Assembly (NCBI RefSeq): GCF_046297895.1
Contig: NZ_JBKBHC010000009.1
Coordinates: 118,643 to 182,642 of the forward strand
Reading direction: 5' to 3'
DNA: 64,000 nt
From: Ferrovibrio sp.
GTDB lineage: Bacteria > Pseudomonadota > Alphaproteobacteria > Ferrovibrionales > Ferrovibrionaceae
Under the pieces are notes generated by a model. The model was not told the DNA's origin, searched no databases, and saw only the letters and a list, made by a program, of their open reading frames with translations. The position numbers and the translations under genes are program-made. Shown here piece after piece: positions 45,985-55,337 of this stretch. Within the stretch, counting starts at the first letter, position 1; every line of letters begins with the position of its first letter.

Positions 45985-46838
45985 TGAGCCACGCCCCGAT
46001 CATCCCGGCCGTATTGGCCCCTGCCCTGATCGCCGTCGCCCCGAACGGTGCCCGCAAGCTGAAAAACGATCATCCTGCCGTGCCGCTCAGCGCCGATGAG
46101 TTGGGCGCCTGCGCGGCACAATGCCTGAATGCCGGCGCCGCCATGATCCACCTGCATGTGCGCGAACCCGGCAGCGGCCGGCATTCCCTGGATGCCGATC
46201 TCTACCGCGCCGCCACAATCGCGATACGTCGCGAGGCCGGCGACGACATCATCATCCAGGCCACTTCGGAAGCAGCCGGCATATACAGCCGTCACGAGCA
46301 GATGGCCGCGATGCGCGCCCTGATGCCGGAAGCCTGCAGCCTGGCCATCCGCGAGATCGTGCCGGATGCCGAAGCCGAGTCCGATGCCGCCAGCTTCCTG
46401 GGCGAGATGCACAAGACCGGCGTGATGGTACAATACATCCTGTACTCCGATGTGGACCTACAGCGCTTCCACGATCTGAAGGCGCGCGGCATCGTGCCAG
46501 GCGAGAAGCATTTTGTGCTGTTTGTGCTGGGCCGCTACAGCGCCGGCCAGAGGTCGGAACCGACCGACCTGCTACCTTTCCTGCACGACTGGAGCAATGC
46601 CGACGGTGCCTTCGCCGTCTGCGCCTTCGGCCCGAAGGAATCGGCCTGCGCGCTGGCGGCACTGGGCCTCAACGGCCATGCCCGCATCGGTTTCGAGAAC
46701 AACACCCTGCTGAGCGACGGCAGCGTCGCGGCCGACAATGCCGCACTGGTGCGCCAGACCGTGCAGCATGCCGGGCTGATGGGGCGCGCGATCGCGGACG
46801 CGAGAACCGCGCGCGAAATGCTGGCCGGATTGCGCTGA
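45984..46838 (+). CDS. Beta-keto acid cleavage enzyme family (DUF849 / 3-keto-5-aminohexanoate cleavage-like)
   Basis: VAPNGAR, AGAAMIHLHVR, ARIGFENN; ATG overlaps the aminotransferase stop. Confidence 0.85.
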   Translation: MSHAPIIPAVLAPALIAVAPNGARKLKNDHPAVPLSADELGACAAQCLNAGAAMIHLHVREPGSGRHSLDADLYRAATIAIRREAGDDIIIQATSEAAGIYSRHEQMAAMRALMPEACSLAIREIVPDAEAESDAASFLGEMHKTGVMVQYILYSDVDLQRFHDLKARGIVPGEKHFVLFVLGRYSAGQRSEPTDLLPFLHDWSNADGAFAVCAFGPKESACALAALGLNGHARIGFENNTLLSDGSVAADNAALVRQTVQHAGLMGRAIADARTAREMLAGLR

Positions 46839-46841
46839 GCC

Positions 46842-48098
46842 TCAGGCCGCCTGCAGGCTGAAATCCTGCTCCGGCACCGGCGCGGCGCGGCCTGCAAGTT
46901 TGGCGGCCACCGCCTCGGCCGAACCGAAGGCAAGCGTGAAGCCGAGCGCGCCATGGCCGACATTCAGCACCAGATTGTCGATGCCGCTGTTGCCCAGGAT
47001 CGGCAAGCCCTTCGGTGTGGCCGGGCGCAGGCCGGTCCAGGGCTCGATCTGCTGCCAGGTTGCCGCCTGAGGGAAAGCCTCGCGCGCCTGAGATACCAGC
47101 TGGCCCAGGCGGGCGGGATCGATCCGATCATTCGCGCCGACGATATCCGCCATGCCGGCCACCCGCAGCCGCGTGCCCAGCCGGGCATAGACGGTCTTGC
47201 AGGCGGTATCGGTGATCGATACCTGTGGCGCGGCTGCGTCATTGGCAATGGGTAGCGACAGGCTGTAGCCCTTGATCGGGTAGATCGGCAGATCGAGCCC
47301 GGCACTCAGACCGAGCCGCCGGCTGGCCACGCCGGCCGCCAGCACATAGGCATCGGCTTCGATCACGCCGGCCTCGGTCTGCACGCCCAGCAAGCGGTTG
47401 CCAGCGCGCAGAAGACTGCGCACCTTCGAGCCATAGATGAAGCGCGCCCCGGAATTGTCGCCCGACAGCAGAGTCTCGATGCCCAGGCAGAGCCGGAAGG
47501 GGTCGGCCGCCTCGTCGCCCGGCGTGAAGACGCCGCCATGGATACGGTGCGCGATCGCTTTCAGCGCCGGCTCTACGGCCAGGCAGCCTTCCCGATCCAG
47601 CACCTGCTGCTCGCTGCCCAAACGGCTCTGATATTCTGCCTGTGCCCGCGCCCCGGCCAGGCCGGCGGCATCGCCCTGCAGCACCAGCTTGCCCGCCCGG
47701 CTCCACAGGAAATCAAGCGCGCGGATATCGGCCGCCGCATGCAGCATGTCGCGACTCAGGTAAGCCAGACGTAACAGCTTTTCGGTAGTGGCCAGTGCTT
47801 CCGTCCGCGTGCAGGCGGCCAGGAACTTGAGCAGCCAGCGATACTGGAACAGTTCGAAATTCGGACGAAACCGCACGGGCGACTGGCGCCCGAACAGGTA
47901 TTTCGGCAGGTCGAACCACACGCCGGGCGAGGCCAGCGGCGCCACATAGGAATAGCTGAGCTGGGCGCCATTGGCGTGGCTGGCGCCTTGGGCGGTGGCA
48001 CCGGCGCGGTCGACCACGGTGACGCGATGACCATCGCGCGCCAGCCGCCAGGCCGTCGTCATGCCTACCACGCCCGATCCGATCACCACGATATCCAT
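46842..48098 (-). CDS. FAD-dependent D-amino acid dehydrogenase (DadA-like)
   Basis: VIGSGVVG, ASHANGAQLSYSY, IYPIKGYS, WTGLRPATP, GHGALGFTL. Confidence 0.88.
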   Translation of the reverse strand: MDIVVIGSGVVGMTTAWRLARDGHRVTVVDRAGATAQGASHANGAQLSYSYVAPLASPGVWFDLPKYLFGRQSPVRFRPNFELFQYRWLLKFLAACTRTEALATTEKLLRLAYLSRDMLHAAADIRALDFLWSRAGKLVLQGDAAGLAGARAQAEYQSRLGSEQQVLDREGCLAVEPALKAIAHRIHGGVFTPGDEAADPFRLCLGIETLLSGDNSGARFIYGSKVRSLLRAGNRLLGVQTEAGVIEADAYVLAAGVASRRLGLSAGLDLPIYPIKGYSLSLPIANDAAAPQVSITDTACKTVYARLGTRLRVAGMADIVGANDRIDPARLGQLVSQAREAFPQAATWQQIEPWTGLRPATPKGLPILGNSGIDNLVLNVGHGALGFTLAFGSAEAVAAKLAGRAAPVPEQDFSLQAA

Positions 48099-48170
48099 GC
48101 CAAACTCCGTTTGCCGTCCTAAAGCTAGGCAGCGCGGACAAGCCCCACTACTGCCGATGCAGCCGGCAGC

Positions 48171-48187
48171 CATAACATTGGGTTATG
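48171..48187. promoter_or_regulatory. LysR-type operator in the dadA-like/LysR divergent region
   Basis: CATAAC-ATTGG-GTTATG palindrome containing T-N11-A. Confidence 0.7.
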
Positions 48188-48248
48188 CCGCCTCTTGGGG
48201 GAAGGCCGCGGTAAAGCTACAGTGCGGGCGCCAGAATCGGGATCGACC

Positions 48249-49172
48249 ATGCAACTGCGCCACCTCGAAGTCTTCCACGCCATCATGCTGACCGGCACGA
48301 TCACCGCCGCGGCCAAGCTGCTCAATATCTCGCAGCCGGCCGCCACCCGCCTGCTGCTGCGCGCCGAGGACCAGCTTGGTTACAAGCTGTTCGACCGCGT
48401 GAAGGGCCGACTGCTGCCGACCCGCGAGGGTCAGGTGCTGCATGCCGAGAGCGAACGGATCATCAGCGGGCTGGAGAACCTGCGCAAACTCTCGCGCAAC
48501 CTGGGCGCCGCCACCAGCGGACACCTGCGCATTGCCGCGGCGCCGGCTTTGTGCATCGACCTCGTGCCGCTGGCGATCAGCCGTTTTCGCCAGAAGCATC
48601 CCGATGTGAGCTTCGAGGTCGAGACGCGCCAATATGCCGACCTGGTCCGCGTGGTGCTGAACCACGAGGTCGACCTGGGGATTGGCTTTGACATCCAGTC
48701 CCATCCGGGGCTGGACATCCAGAAACTGGCCGAAGCCCAATTCTACGGTATTTTCCCGAAGAGTATGGAAAACCAACTGCCAGCGAGTGTGAAACTCGAC
48801 TGGTTCCGCAAGCATCCCTTCATCGGATTGCGCAGCGACGATCCGCTGGGCGCGGCATTCGGCGCAGCGGTCAAGCTTTCGGGCGTGGACCTGCAACCCA
48901 TCGTCGAGGTCAAGACCAACCAGATCGCGTTGTCGCTGGTGGCGCGCGGCGCCGGCGTGGCCATCGTCGATCAGTATACCGCGGCCGCCCATGATCCGCG
49001 CCTTGTGACGGCCAGGCCCCTGCTGCCCAATATCGATTTCGCAGTGCACATCATGCGGGCCAAGCATCAGCCCGCCTCGGTGCTGGCCCGCAAGTTCGGC
49101 GCTGTGATGGCACAGGCGGAAAAATCGGTTTCCGGCACTCTTGTGACGACAAACAGGCCGCAACGGACTTGA
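48249..49172 (+). CDS. LysR-family regulator
   Basis: MQLRHLEVFHAIMLTGTITAAAKLLNISQPAATRLL HTH. Confidence 0.95.
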   Translation: MQLRHLEVFHAIMLTGTITAAAKLLNISQPAATRLLLRAEDQLGYKLFDRVKGRLLPTREGQVLHAESERIISGLENLRKLSRNLGAATSGHLRIAAAPALCIDLVPLAISRFRQKHPDVSFEVETRQYADLVRVVLNHEVDLGIGFDIQSHPGLDIQKLAEAQFYGIFPKSMENQLPASVKLDWFRKHPFIGLRSDDPLGAAFGAAVKLSGVDLQPIVEVKTNQIALSLVARGAGVAIVDQYTAAAHDPRLVTARPLLPNIDFAVHIMRAKHQPASVLARKFGAVMAQAEKSVSGTLVTTNRPQRT

Positions 49173-49190
49173 CGAAACCGGCCGGACCGG

Positions 49191-49215
49191 TGTCCATACC
49201 GTTGGGTTATGGACA
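49191..49215. promoter_or_regulatory. Second copy of the LysR operator, upstream of the TAXI transporter
   Basis: TGTCCATA-N9-TATGGACA; core CATACCGTTGGGTTATG matches 48171-48187 at 15 of 17 positions. Confidence 0.7.
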
Positions 49216-49408
49216 GGGTACCGATACGCATGGCGGGAAGCTGCGGCTTTCCATTATCACAGGGGCGTATGGGCCGGTATGTCGCAGCGGGGTGCGACCT
49301 GCCATCACGCAGTCCTAGCCTGTGCTGAAGCCGCCAACATGGCCGGCGATCATCAGTCAATCCGACTGCTGCCAGCGTGGCCGCAGTCCATTACGGAGGA
49401 GAAGTAAC

Positions 49409-50386
49409 ATGCAGTTCGCAACCAAGCACCTGCTGGGCGGCATGCTCGGCGCGGCCCTGCTGGCCGCCCTGCCCGGCACCGGCCTTGCGCAGCAGAAATT
49501 CGTTACCATCGGTACCGGCGGCGTGACCGGCGTGTACTACGCTGCCGGCGGCGCCATCTGCCGCCTGCTCAACAAGGACCGCAAGGCGCACGGCATCCGC
49601 TGTTCGGTGGAGTCGACTGGCGGCTCGGCCTACAACATCAACACCATCAAGGCTGGCGAGCTCGATTTCGGCATGGCGCAGTCCGACGTGCATTACAACG
49701 CCCTGAAGGGCGTTGGCGCGTTCAAGGACAGCGGCGCTTTCGCCGACCTGCGCTCGGTCTTCTCGGTGCATCCCGAACCGTTCACCGTGCTGGCCCGCAA
49801 GGAGGCCAATGTCGCCAAGTTCGAGGATCTGAAGGGCAAGCGCTTCAACGTCGGCAATCCGGGCTCGGGCACCCGCGCCTCGCTGGAAGAACTGCTCGGC
49901 GCGCTGGGCTGGAAGCTGTCGGATTTCTCGCTGGCCTCCGAACTGAAGGCCGACGAGCACGGCCCGGCGCTGTGCGACAACAAGATCGACGGCTTCTTCT
50001 ACGGCGTGGGCCATCCCTCGGCCAACATCCAGGATCCCACCACCACCTGCGGCGCCAAGCTGGTCTCGATCACCGGCCCGGCCGTCGACAAGCTGGTGGC
50101 GGCGAATTCCTACTATGCCAAGGCGACGATCCCCGGCGGCCTGTACAACAACAACCCGCAGCCGACCCAGACCTACGGCGTGCTGGCCACGCTGGTCTCC
50201 TCGGCCAAGGTCGATAACGAGACGGTCTATCAGCTGGTGAAGGCCACCTTCGAGAATTTCGACGAATTCAAGAAGCTGCACCCGGCCTTCTCGGCACTTG
50301 ATCCGAAGAACATGATCAAGGACGGCAACTCGGCCCCGCTGCATCCGGGCGCCGTGAAGTACTACAAGGAGAAGGGCTGGATGTAA
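49409..50386 (+). CDS. TAXI-family TRAP solute receptor
   Basis: [39 protein letters not shown]; signal peptide. Confidence 0.92.
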   Translation: MQFATKHLLGGMLGAALLAALPGTGLAQQKFVTIGTGGVTGVYYAAGGAICRLLNKDRKAHGIRCSVESTGGSAYNINTIKAGELDFGMAQSDVHYNALKGVGAFKDSGAFADLRSVFSVHPEPFTVLARKEANVAKFEDLKGKRFNVGNPGSGTRASLEELLGALGWKLSDFSLASELKADEHGPALCDNKIDGFFYGVGHPSANIQDPTTTCGAKLVSITGPAVDKLVAANSYYAKATIPGGLYNNNPQPTQTYGVLATLVSSAKVDNETVYQLVKATFENFDEFKKLHPAFSALDPKNMIKDGNSAPLHPGAVKYYKEKGWM

Positions 50387-50405
50387 TCCGGCTTAACACC
50401 GTTCG

Positions 50406-50439
50406 GCCGGCCCGCTTCACCGCGGGCCGGCTTTTTTTT
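50406..50439 (+). terminator. Intrinsic terminator-like stem-loop between the TAXI receptor and permease genes
   Basis: GCCGGCCCGC-ttcacc-GCGGGCCGGC followed by eight T. Confidence 0.75.
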
Positions 50440-50473
50440 GAGCAGACCAGACGACTTTCCCCAGGAACCAACC

Positions 50474-53056
50474 ATGAGCAACGCCGCAACGACCCGCCCC
50501 GTCTCCGAGCAGGAATTGCAGCAACTCGTCGCCGACGCCGATCTCGGTGGCCGCGACCCTAAAGGCGCCGTAGGCAGGCTGATCCTCGCCGTCGCCGTGG
50601 CCTGGTCGGCGTTCCAGGTCTGGTATGCCTCTCCGCTACCCTTTGTGCTCGGCGTCTTCATCCTGAATGACACGGAAGCCCGTGCCATCCATCTGGGTTT
50701 CTCCGTCTTTCTCGCCTTCACCTGCTATCCGGCCTTCAAGCGATCGCCGCGCGCCTATATCCCTGCGCTCGATTGGTTTTTCGCCATCGCCGGCGCGCTC
50801 GCGGCTTCCTATCTGTTCCTGTTCTATGCGGCGCTGGCAACCCGGCCCGGCCAGCCGACCTGGTATGATCTCGCTGCTAGCGGCATCGGTCTCGCGCTGC
50901 TGCTGGAGTCGACCCGACGCACACTGGGACCGCCGATGGTGATCGTGGCCGCGGTCTTCATCGCCTTCACATTCGCGGGGCCCTGGATGCCTGAGGTGAT
51001 CCAGCACAAGGGCGCTTCGCTGACCAAATTCCTGCAGCATCAGTGGCTCACCACCGAGGGCGTATTCGGCGTGGCGTTGGGTGTTTCCACCGGCTTCGTC
51101 TTCCTGTTCGTGCTGTTCGGCTCGCTGCTGGAGAAGGCCGGCGGCGGCAACTGGATGATGCAGATATCGGTCGCCCTTCTGGGCCATCTGCGCGGCGGCC
51201 CCGCCAAGGTGGCGGTGGTATCATCGGCTCTGAACGGCGTGGTGTCGGGTTCGTCGGTTTCCAACGTCGTTTCGGGCGGTATCTTCACAATACCGATGAT
51301 GAAGCGAACCGGTCTGTCCGGCGTGAAGGCCGGCGCCATCGAAACCGCTTCCTCAGTCAATGGCCAGATCATGCCGCCGGTGATGGGTGCCGCTGCCTTC
51401 CTGATGACGGAATATGTCGGCCTGCCGTATTCCGAAATCGTCAAACATGCCTTTCTGCCGGCGGTGATCTCATACATCGCGCTGTTCTACATCGTCGATC
51501 TGGAAGCGCAGAAGATCAACGCCAAGCCGCTGGAACGTGCCGTTCAGCGCAGCCGGCGTGACTACTGGCTGCGTCAGGGCCTGGGCTGGAGCGGCAGCAT
51601 CGCGGTAATCTGTGCTCTGTATTACGGCATCCTGGCCGTGCAGGCGGTGACCGGCGCGGCGGCCCCGTGGCTACTTGGCATCGGCGGCATCGGTTTGTAT
51701 CTGCTGTCGCTGTGGTATGCGGCAAAATTCCCCGACCTTGAATTGGACGACGCAGACAATCCCGACATCAAGATTCCGGAAGCCTGGAGCGTAGCGCGCA
51801 CCGGTCTGCATTTCCTGCTGCCGATCGTGGTTCTGCTGTGGTGTCTGATGGTGGAAGAACTCTCGCCCGGCCTGTCGGCCTTCTGGGCCACGGCCACCAT
51901 CATGGCCATCGTGGTGACCCAGCGGCCGATCATCGACATTTTCCGCGGCAGCCACGCTTTGGGCGCCGCCGCGAGACAGGGCATTGCCGACCTGGTCGAT
52001 GGCTTCAATCTCGGTGCGCGCAACATGATCGGCATCGGCATTGCCACGGCCACGGCCGGTATCATCGTCGGCACAGTGACGCTGACCGGCATGGGCCTGA
52101 TGATGACCGACTTCGTCGAGTTCATCTCGGGCGGCAACGTGATCGCCATGCTGCTGCTGACCGCCTTCATCTGCCTGATCCTCGGCATGGGCATCCCGAC
52201 CACGGCCAACTACATCCTAGTCGCCACCCTGATGGCGCCCGTGATCGTGGAACTCGGCGCCCAGGCCGGCCTGGCCATCCCGCTGATCGCGGTGCACCTG
52301 TTCGTGTTCTACTTCGGCATCATGGCCGACGTGACGCCGCCGGTGGGCCTGGCCTCGTTTGCCGCCGCCGCGATCTCAGGCGAAGACCCGATCAAGACCG
52401 GCCTGCAGGGCACGATCTACAGCATGCGCACCGCCGTGCTGCCCTTTGTTTTCATATTCAATCCGCAGATCCTGATGATCGATATCGGCCATGCCGGCGA
52501 GGCGATCCTGGTAATCGCCATAGCCACGCTGGCGATCCTGGTCTTTGCCGCCGGCACCATGGGCTGGTTTCTCACCAAGAGCAGGTTATGGGAGTCGGCC
52601 CTGCTGTTGCTGGTCTGCTTCGCGCTGTTCCGCCCCGGATTCTTCTGGGACAAGCTGTACGAGCCCTATACGCAGGCACCGGCCAGGCAGGTCTTCGACA
52701 TCGCCGCCAAGCTGCCGGAAGATGGACGGTTGCTGATGGTGGTGTCGGGCATGACTCTGGAAGGCGACGATGTCACCAAGACGATCAGCCTGCCGCTGAC
52801 CGCGCCCGGCGATGGCCGCAAGCGGCTAGCCGATGCCGGCCTGAGCCTGACCGCGCTGGGCGACCAGGTGCAGGTCGGCGCCATCAAGTTTGGTTCGGCA
52901 GCCAAGCGCGTCGGCCTGGAAAGCGGTTTCACCGTTGACCATGTGTTGCTGCCGGCCGACCGGCCGAGCAAACATTGGGTCTACCTGCCGGCACTGGCCC
53001 TGTTGGGACTGGTGGCGCTGGTGCAGTGGCGCCGCAAGAAGGCCGCGGCGGCATGA
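50474..53056 (+). CDS. TRAP 4TM/12TM fused permease (TAXI type) with C-terminal DUF3394-like extension
   Basis: GGPAKVAV, GQIMPPVMGAAAF, LGMGIPTTANY, ADVTPPVGLASFAAA. Confidence 0.92.
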   Translation: MSNAATTRPVSEQELQQLVADADLGGRDPKGAVGRLILAVAVAWSAFQVWYASPLPFVLGVFILNDTEARAIHLGFSVFLAFTCYPAFKRSPRAYIPALDWFFAIAGALAASYLFLFYAALATRPGQPTWYDLAASGIGLALLLESTRRTLGPPMVIVAAVFIAFTFAGPWMPEVIQHKGASLTKFLQHQWLTTEGVFGVALGVSTGFVFLFVLFGSLLEKAGGGNWMMQISVALLGHLRGGPAKVAVVSSALNGVVSGSSVSNVVSGGIFTIPMMKRTGLSGVKAGAIETASSVNGQIMPPVMGAAAFLMTEYVGLPYSEIVKHAFLPAVISYIALFYIVDLEAQKINAKPLERAVQRSRRDYWLRQGLGWSGSIAVICALYYGILAVQAVTGAAAPWLLGIGGIGLYLLSLWYAAKFPDLELDDADNPDIKIPEAWSVARTGLHFLLPIVVLLWCLMVEELSPGLSAFWATATIMAIVVTQRPIIDIFRGSHALGAAARQGIADLVDGFNLGARNMIGIGIATATAGIIVGTVTLTGMGLMMTDFVEFISGGNVIAMLLLTAFICLILGMGIPTTANYILVATLMAPVIVELGAQAGLAIPLIAVHLFVFYFGIMADVTPPVGLASFAAAAISGEDPIKTGLQGTIYSMRTAVLPFVFIFNPQILMIDIGHAGEAILVIAIATLAILVFAAGTMGWFLTKSRLWESALLLLVCFALFRPGFFWDKLYEPYTQAPARQVFDIAAKLPEDGRLLMVVSGMTLEGDDVTKTISLPLTAPGDGRKRLADAGLSLTALGDQVQVGAIKFGSAAKRVGLESGFTVDHVLLPADRPSKHWVYLPALALLGLVALVQWRRKKAAAA

Positions 53057-53772
53057 AGGCTGTCGTTCTGTGCTCGGGCGGCATCGACTCCGTCACTCTG
53101 GCCTATCGGATTGCGGCTGAGAACGGGCTTGACCGCCTGATCTCCTTCGACTACGGCCAGCGCCATCGTCGCGAGATTGAGCATGCCGCCGGCATCGCCG
53201 CCGCACTGAAGGCCCGGCATGACGTGATCGATATCGCCGGACTGGGCCGTTTCCTGACCTCATCCTCGCTGATCAGCGGCGGCGACGCGGTGCCGGACGG
53301 CCATTACGCCGAAAGCAACATGAAGTCGACGGTGGTGCCCAACCGCAACGCCATCATGCTGAGCATCGCCTTTGGAATCGCCGCCGGTGCCAAGGCGGAT
53401 GCGGTGGGCATCGCTGTGCATAGCGGCGATCATTTCATCTATCCCGATTGCCGGCCGGCTTTTGTCGATGCCTTTCGCGCCATGCAGGCCTGCGCGCTGG
53501 AAGGCATGTGGGAGGTGCAGCTCTACGCGCCATTCGTCGGCTTCACTAAGGCCGACATCGTGCGCGAGGGCATGCGCCTTGGCGTGCCGTATGAAAAGAC
53601 CTGGAGCTGCTACAAAGGCGGCGAAATACATTGCGGCCGCTGCGGCACCTGCGTGGAACGGCGCGAGGCCTTCCATCTGGCCGGTATGCCGGACCCGACC
53701 AGCTACGAAGACCCCGATTACTGGATCGAGGCCATCGCCAAGATGAAGGCGGAGAACGAAAAAGGCGGCTGA
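53053..53772 (+). CDS. queC: 7-cyano-7-deazaguanine (preQ0) synthase
   Basis: SGGIDS, FDYGQRH, TVVPNRNAIML, YPDCRPAF, TWSCY, HCGRCGTC. Confidence 0.93.
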   Translation: MKAVVLCSGGIDSVTLAYRIAAENGLDRLISFDYGQRHRREIEHAAGIAAALKARHDVIDIAGLGRFLTSSSLISGGDAVPDGHYAESNMKSTVVPNRNAIMLSIAFGIAAGAKADAVGIAVHSGDHFIYPDCRPAFVDAFRAMQACALEGMWEVQLYAPFVGFTKADIVREGMRLGVPYEKTWSCYKGGEIHCGRCGTCVERREAFHLAGMPDPTSYEDPDYWIEAIAKMKAENEKGG

Positions 53773-53785
53773 ACGGCCGCCTTTT
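53760..53785. terminator. Bidirectional stem-loop between convergent queC and VUT-family genes
   Basis: AAAAGGCGGC-tgaacg-GCCGCCTTTT. Confidence 0.7.
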
Positions 53786-53788
53786 CGC

Positions 53789-54349
53789 TCAGGCCGTGGC
53801 GGTTATGCCGAGCCGGTGGTCGCGGTCGCGCAGCAGGCGGATCACCGGGATGCTGGCCAGCACCATCCAGGCTTTGCCGATGATCTGGCCGGCCAGGTAG
53901 TCCAGGCTGCCGAAGGCGAGATAGAGGAACACCACCGAGTCCACACACAGGCCGACCAGGCTGGAAAGCAGTACGGCGCGCACCAGGCCGCGTTTCTGCA
54001 GCGGGGTGTAAACCGCGAAGTCGGCCAGTTCGGACAACAGGAAGGCTGTGGCCGAGGCCACCACCAGGGCGGGCGGCGCGATCAGGCCCGACAACGCCGC
54101 ACCGACGGCGATGGCAGCGAGCGTCCAGCCCTTGCCCAGCCGGCGCTGCACTAGGTCACGCAGCACCAGGGCCAGGCCGATCATCAGCACGCCGCTTGGG
54201 GCCGTGATGCCGAAGGGCGCGACCGGAATCAGGCAGGGTCCCTGCGGCACGCAGATCGTGCCAAGATTGCCGATCAGCCAGTTCGCCGCCGGCACGCAGG
54301 CTATGAATGCCGCCAGAAAGGCATATCCCTCGAAACGCACGCGATCCAT
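53789..54349 (-). CDS. VUT-family (Vut_1/YhhQ-like) membrane protein, putative queuosine-precursor transporter
   Basis: ANWL, APSGVLMIGLALVLRDLVQ, ASATAFLLSELADFAVYTPL, VDSVVFLYLAFG, GQIIGK. Confidence 0.7.
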   Translation of the reverse strand: MDRVRFEGYAFLAAFIACVPAANWLIGNLGTICVPQGPCLIPVAPFGITAPSGVLMIGLALVLRDLVQRRLGKGWTLAAIAVGAALSGLIAPPALVVASATAFLLSELADFAVYTPLQKRGLVRAVLLSSLVGLCVDSVVFLYLAFGSLDYLAGQIIGKAWMVLASIPVIRLLRDRDHRLGITATA

Positions 54350-54435
54350 GGTCTGAAAAACCCTTATGTTGCGGGGCGGGATATACGGCGCGACACCCTT
54401 TTGCGCAAGGGCGGCATAATTAGTGCCTGATCCGC

Positions 54436-55332
54436 CTAGGTTTTGCGGGCCAGGGCGCTGCTCGCCAGGAACACACCCAGCATGGTGGAGAGGATGCCGG
54501 CCAGCACCAGCGGTTCGGGGATTTCGCCCAGAACCAGCGCGCCGCCCGCGGCCGACATCACCGGCACCAGCGCTCCCACCGCCGCGGCACGGCTGGGGCC
54601 GATATGATGCACGCCCAAGGTAAAGGTCCACAGCCCAAGCAGGCCTGCGATCACGCCCTGCCAGCAGACCTGCAGGATCAGATCGGCCAGCGGCGCCTGC
54701 AGCAGCCTGGCATCATCGCTGATCAGCCACAGCGGCAGGATAATCAGCGCCGACCAGAAATTGATCACCGCCGTGGCCTCCCATGGGCCCAGCCCGCTGC
54801 GGCGAAAAGCAATGGTGTAGATCGACCACAGAAAGGCCGCCGACAGGAACAACAGATCGCCACGCCAGGCGCCATCATCCCGGATCAGCAGGGCCTTCAG
54901 TCCGATGGCGAGGACCCCCAGCAGGATAAATGCAAAACCGAGCCGCCGCAGGCCGGATATCGCCTCGCCCAGCACGACCGCCGCCATCAAAGCGACAAAG
55001 AGCGGCATCGTTCCCGGCAGCAATGCACCCATATGGGCAACCGGCGCGAATTGCGAGCCTGCCATCACGAGCAGGCCAAAAGCCGGACCGGCACCCAGCA
55101 GCATGGCAGACAGGATTTTCCAGTCGGTCTGCGATGGCAGCGGCCGGGCCCGCCACCATAGCGGGGCCAGGACTAAGGCCGGGATGCAATAGCGCAGCAG
55201 GGCCAGATCAATCGGCGCCAGCGTCGTGGTCGTGCCCAGCCGGGTCGCCACCTGCCAACCCGCGCCGATCACGCAGGCGCCGATGGCAGCCGCAAAGCCA
55301 ATGAGCGGACTGCGCAGCCCGGACTGCATCAC
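54436..55332 (-). CDS. DMT/EamA-family transporter
   Basis: Ten hydrophobic segments in two repeats; LRY, GDLLFL, LVLGE motifs. Confidence 0.85.
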   Translation of the reverse strand: MMQSGLRSPLIGFAAAIGACVIGAGWQVATRLGTTTTLAPIDLALLRYCIPALVLAPLWWRARPLPSQTDWKILSAMLLGAGPAFGLLVMAGSQFAPVAHMGALLPGTMPLFVALMAAVVLGEAISGLRRLGFAFILLGVLAIGLKALLIRDDGAWRGDLLFLSAAFLWSIYTIAFRRSGLGPWEATAVINFWSALIILPLWLISDDARLLQAPLADLILQVCWQGVIAGLLGLWTFTLGVHHIGPSRAAAVGALVPVMSAAGGALVLGEIPEPLVLAGILSTMLGVFLASSALARKT

Positions 55333-55337
55333 TGCAA

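Noticed and set aside
53053-53772. QueC as an anti-phage (QatC-type) or DNA-modification enzyme
   Set aside because: It has canonical length and motifs, and no qat or dpd genes are nearby
54350-54435. preQ1 riboswitch upstream of the VUT-family gene
   Set aside because: Only a short CCCTT/AAGGG hairpin is present and I could not match preQ1-I consensus elements or the A-rich tail; an Infernal search would be decisive
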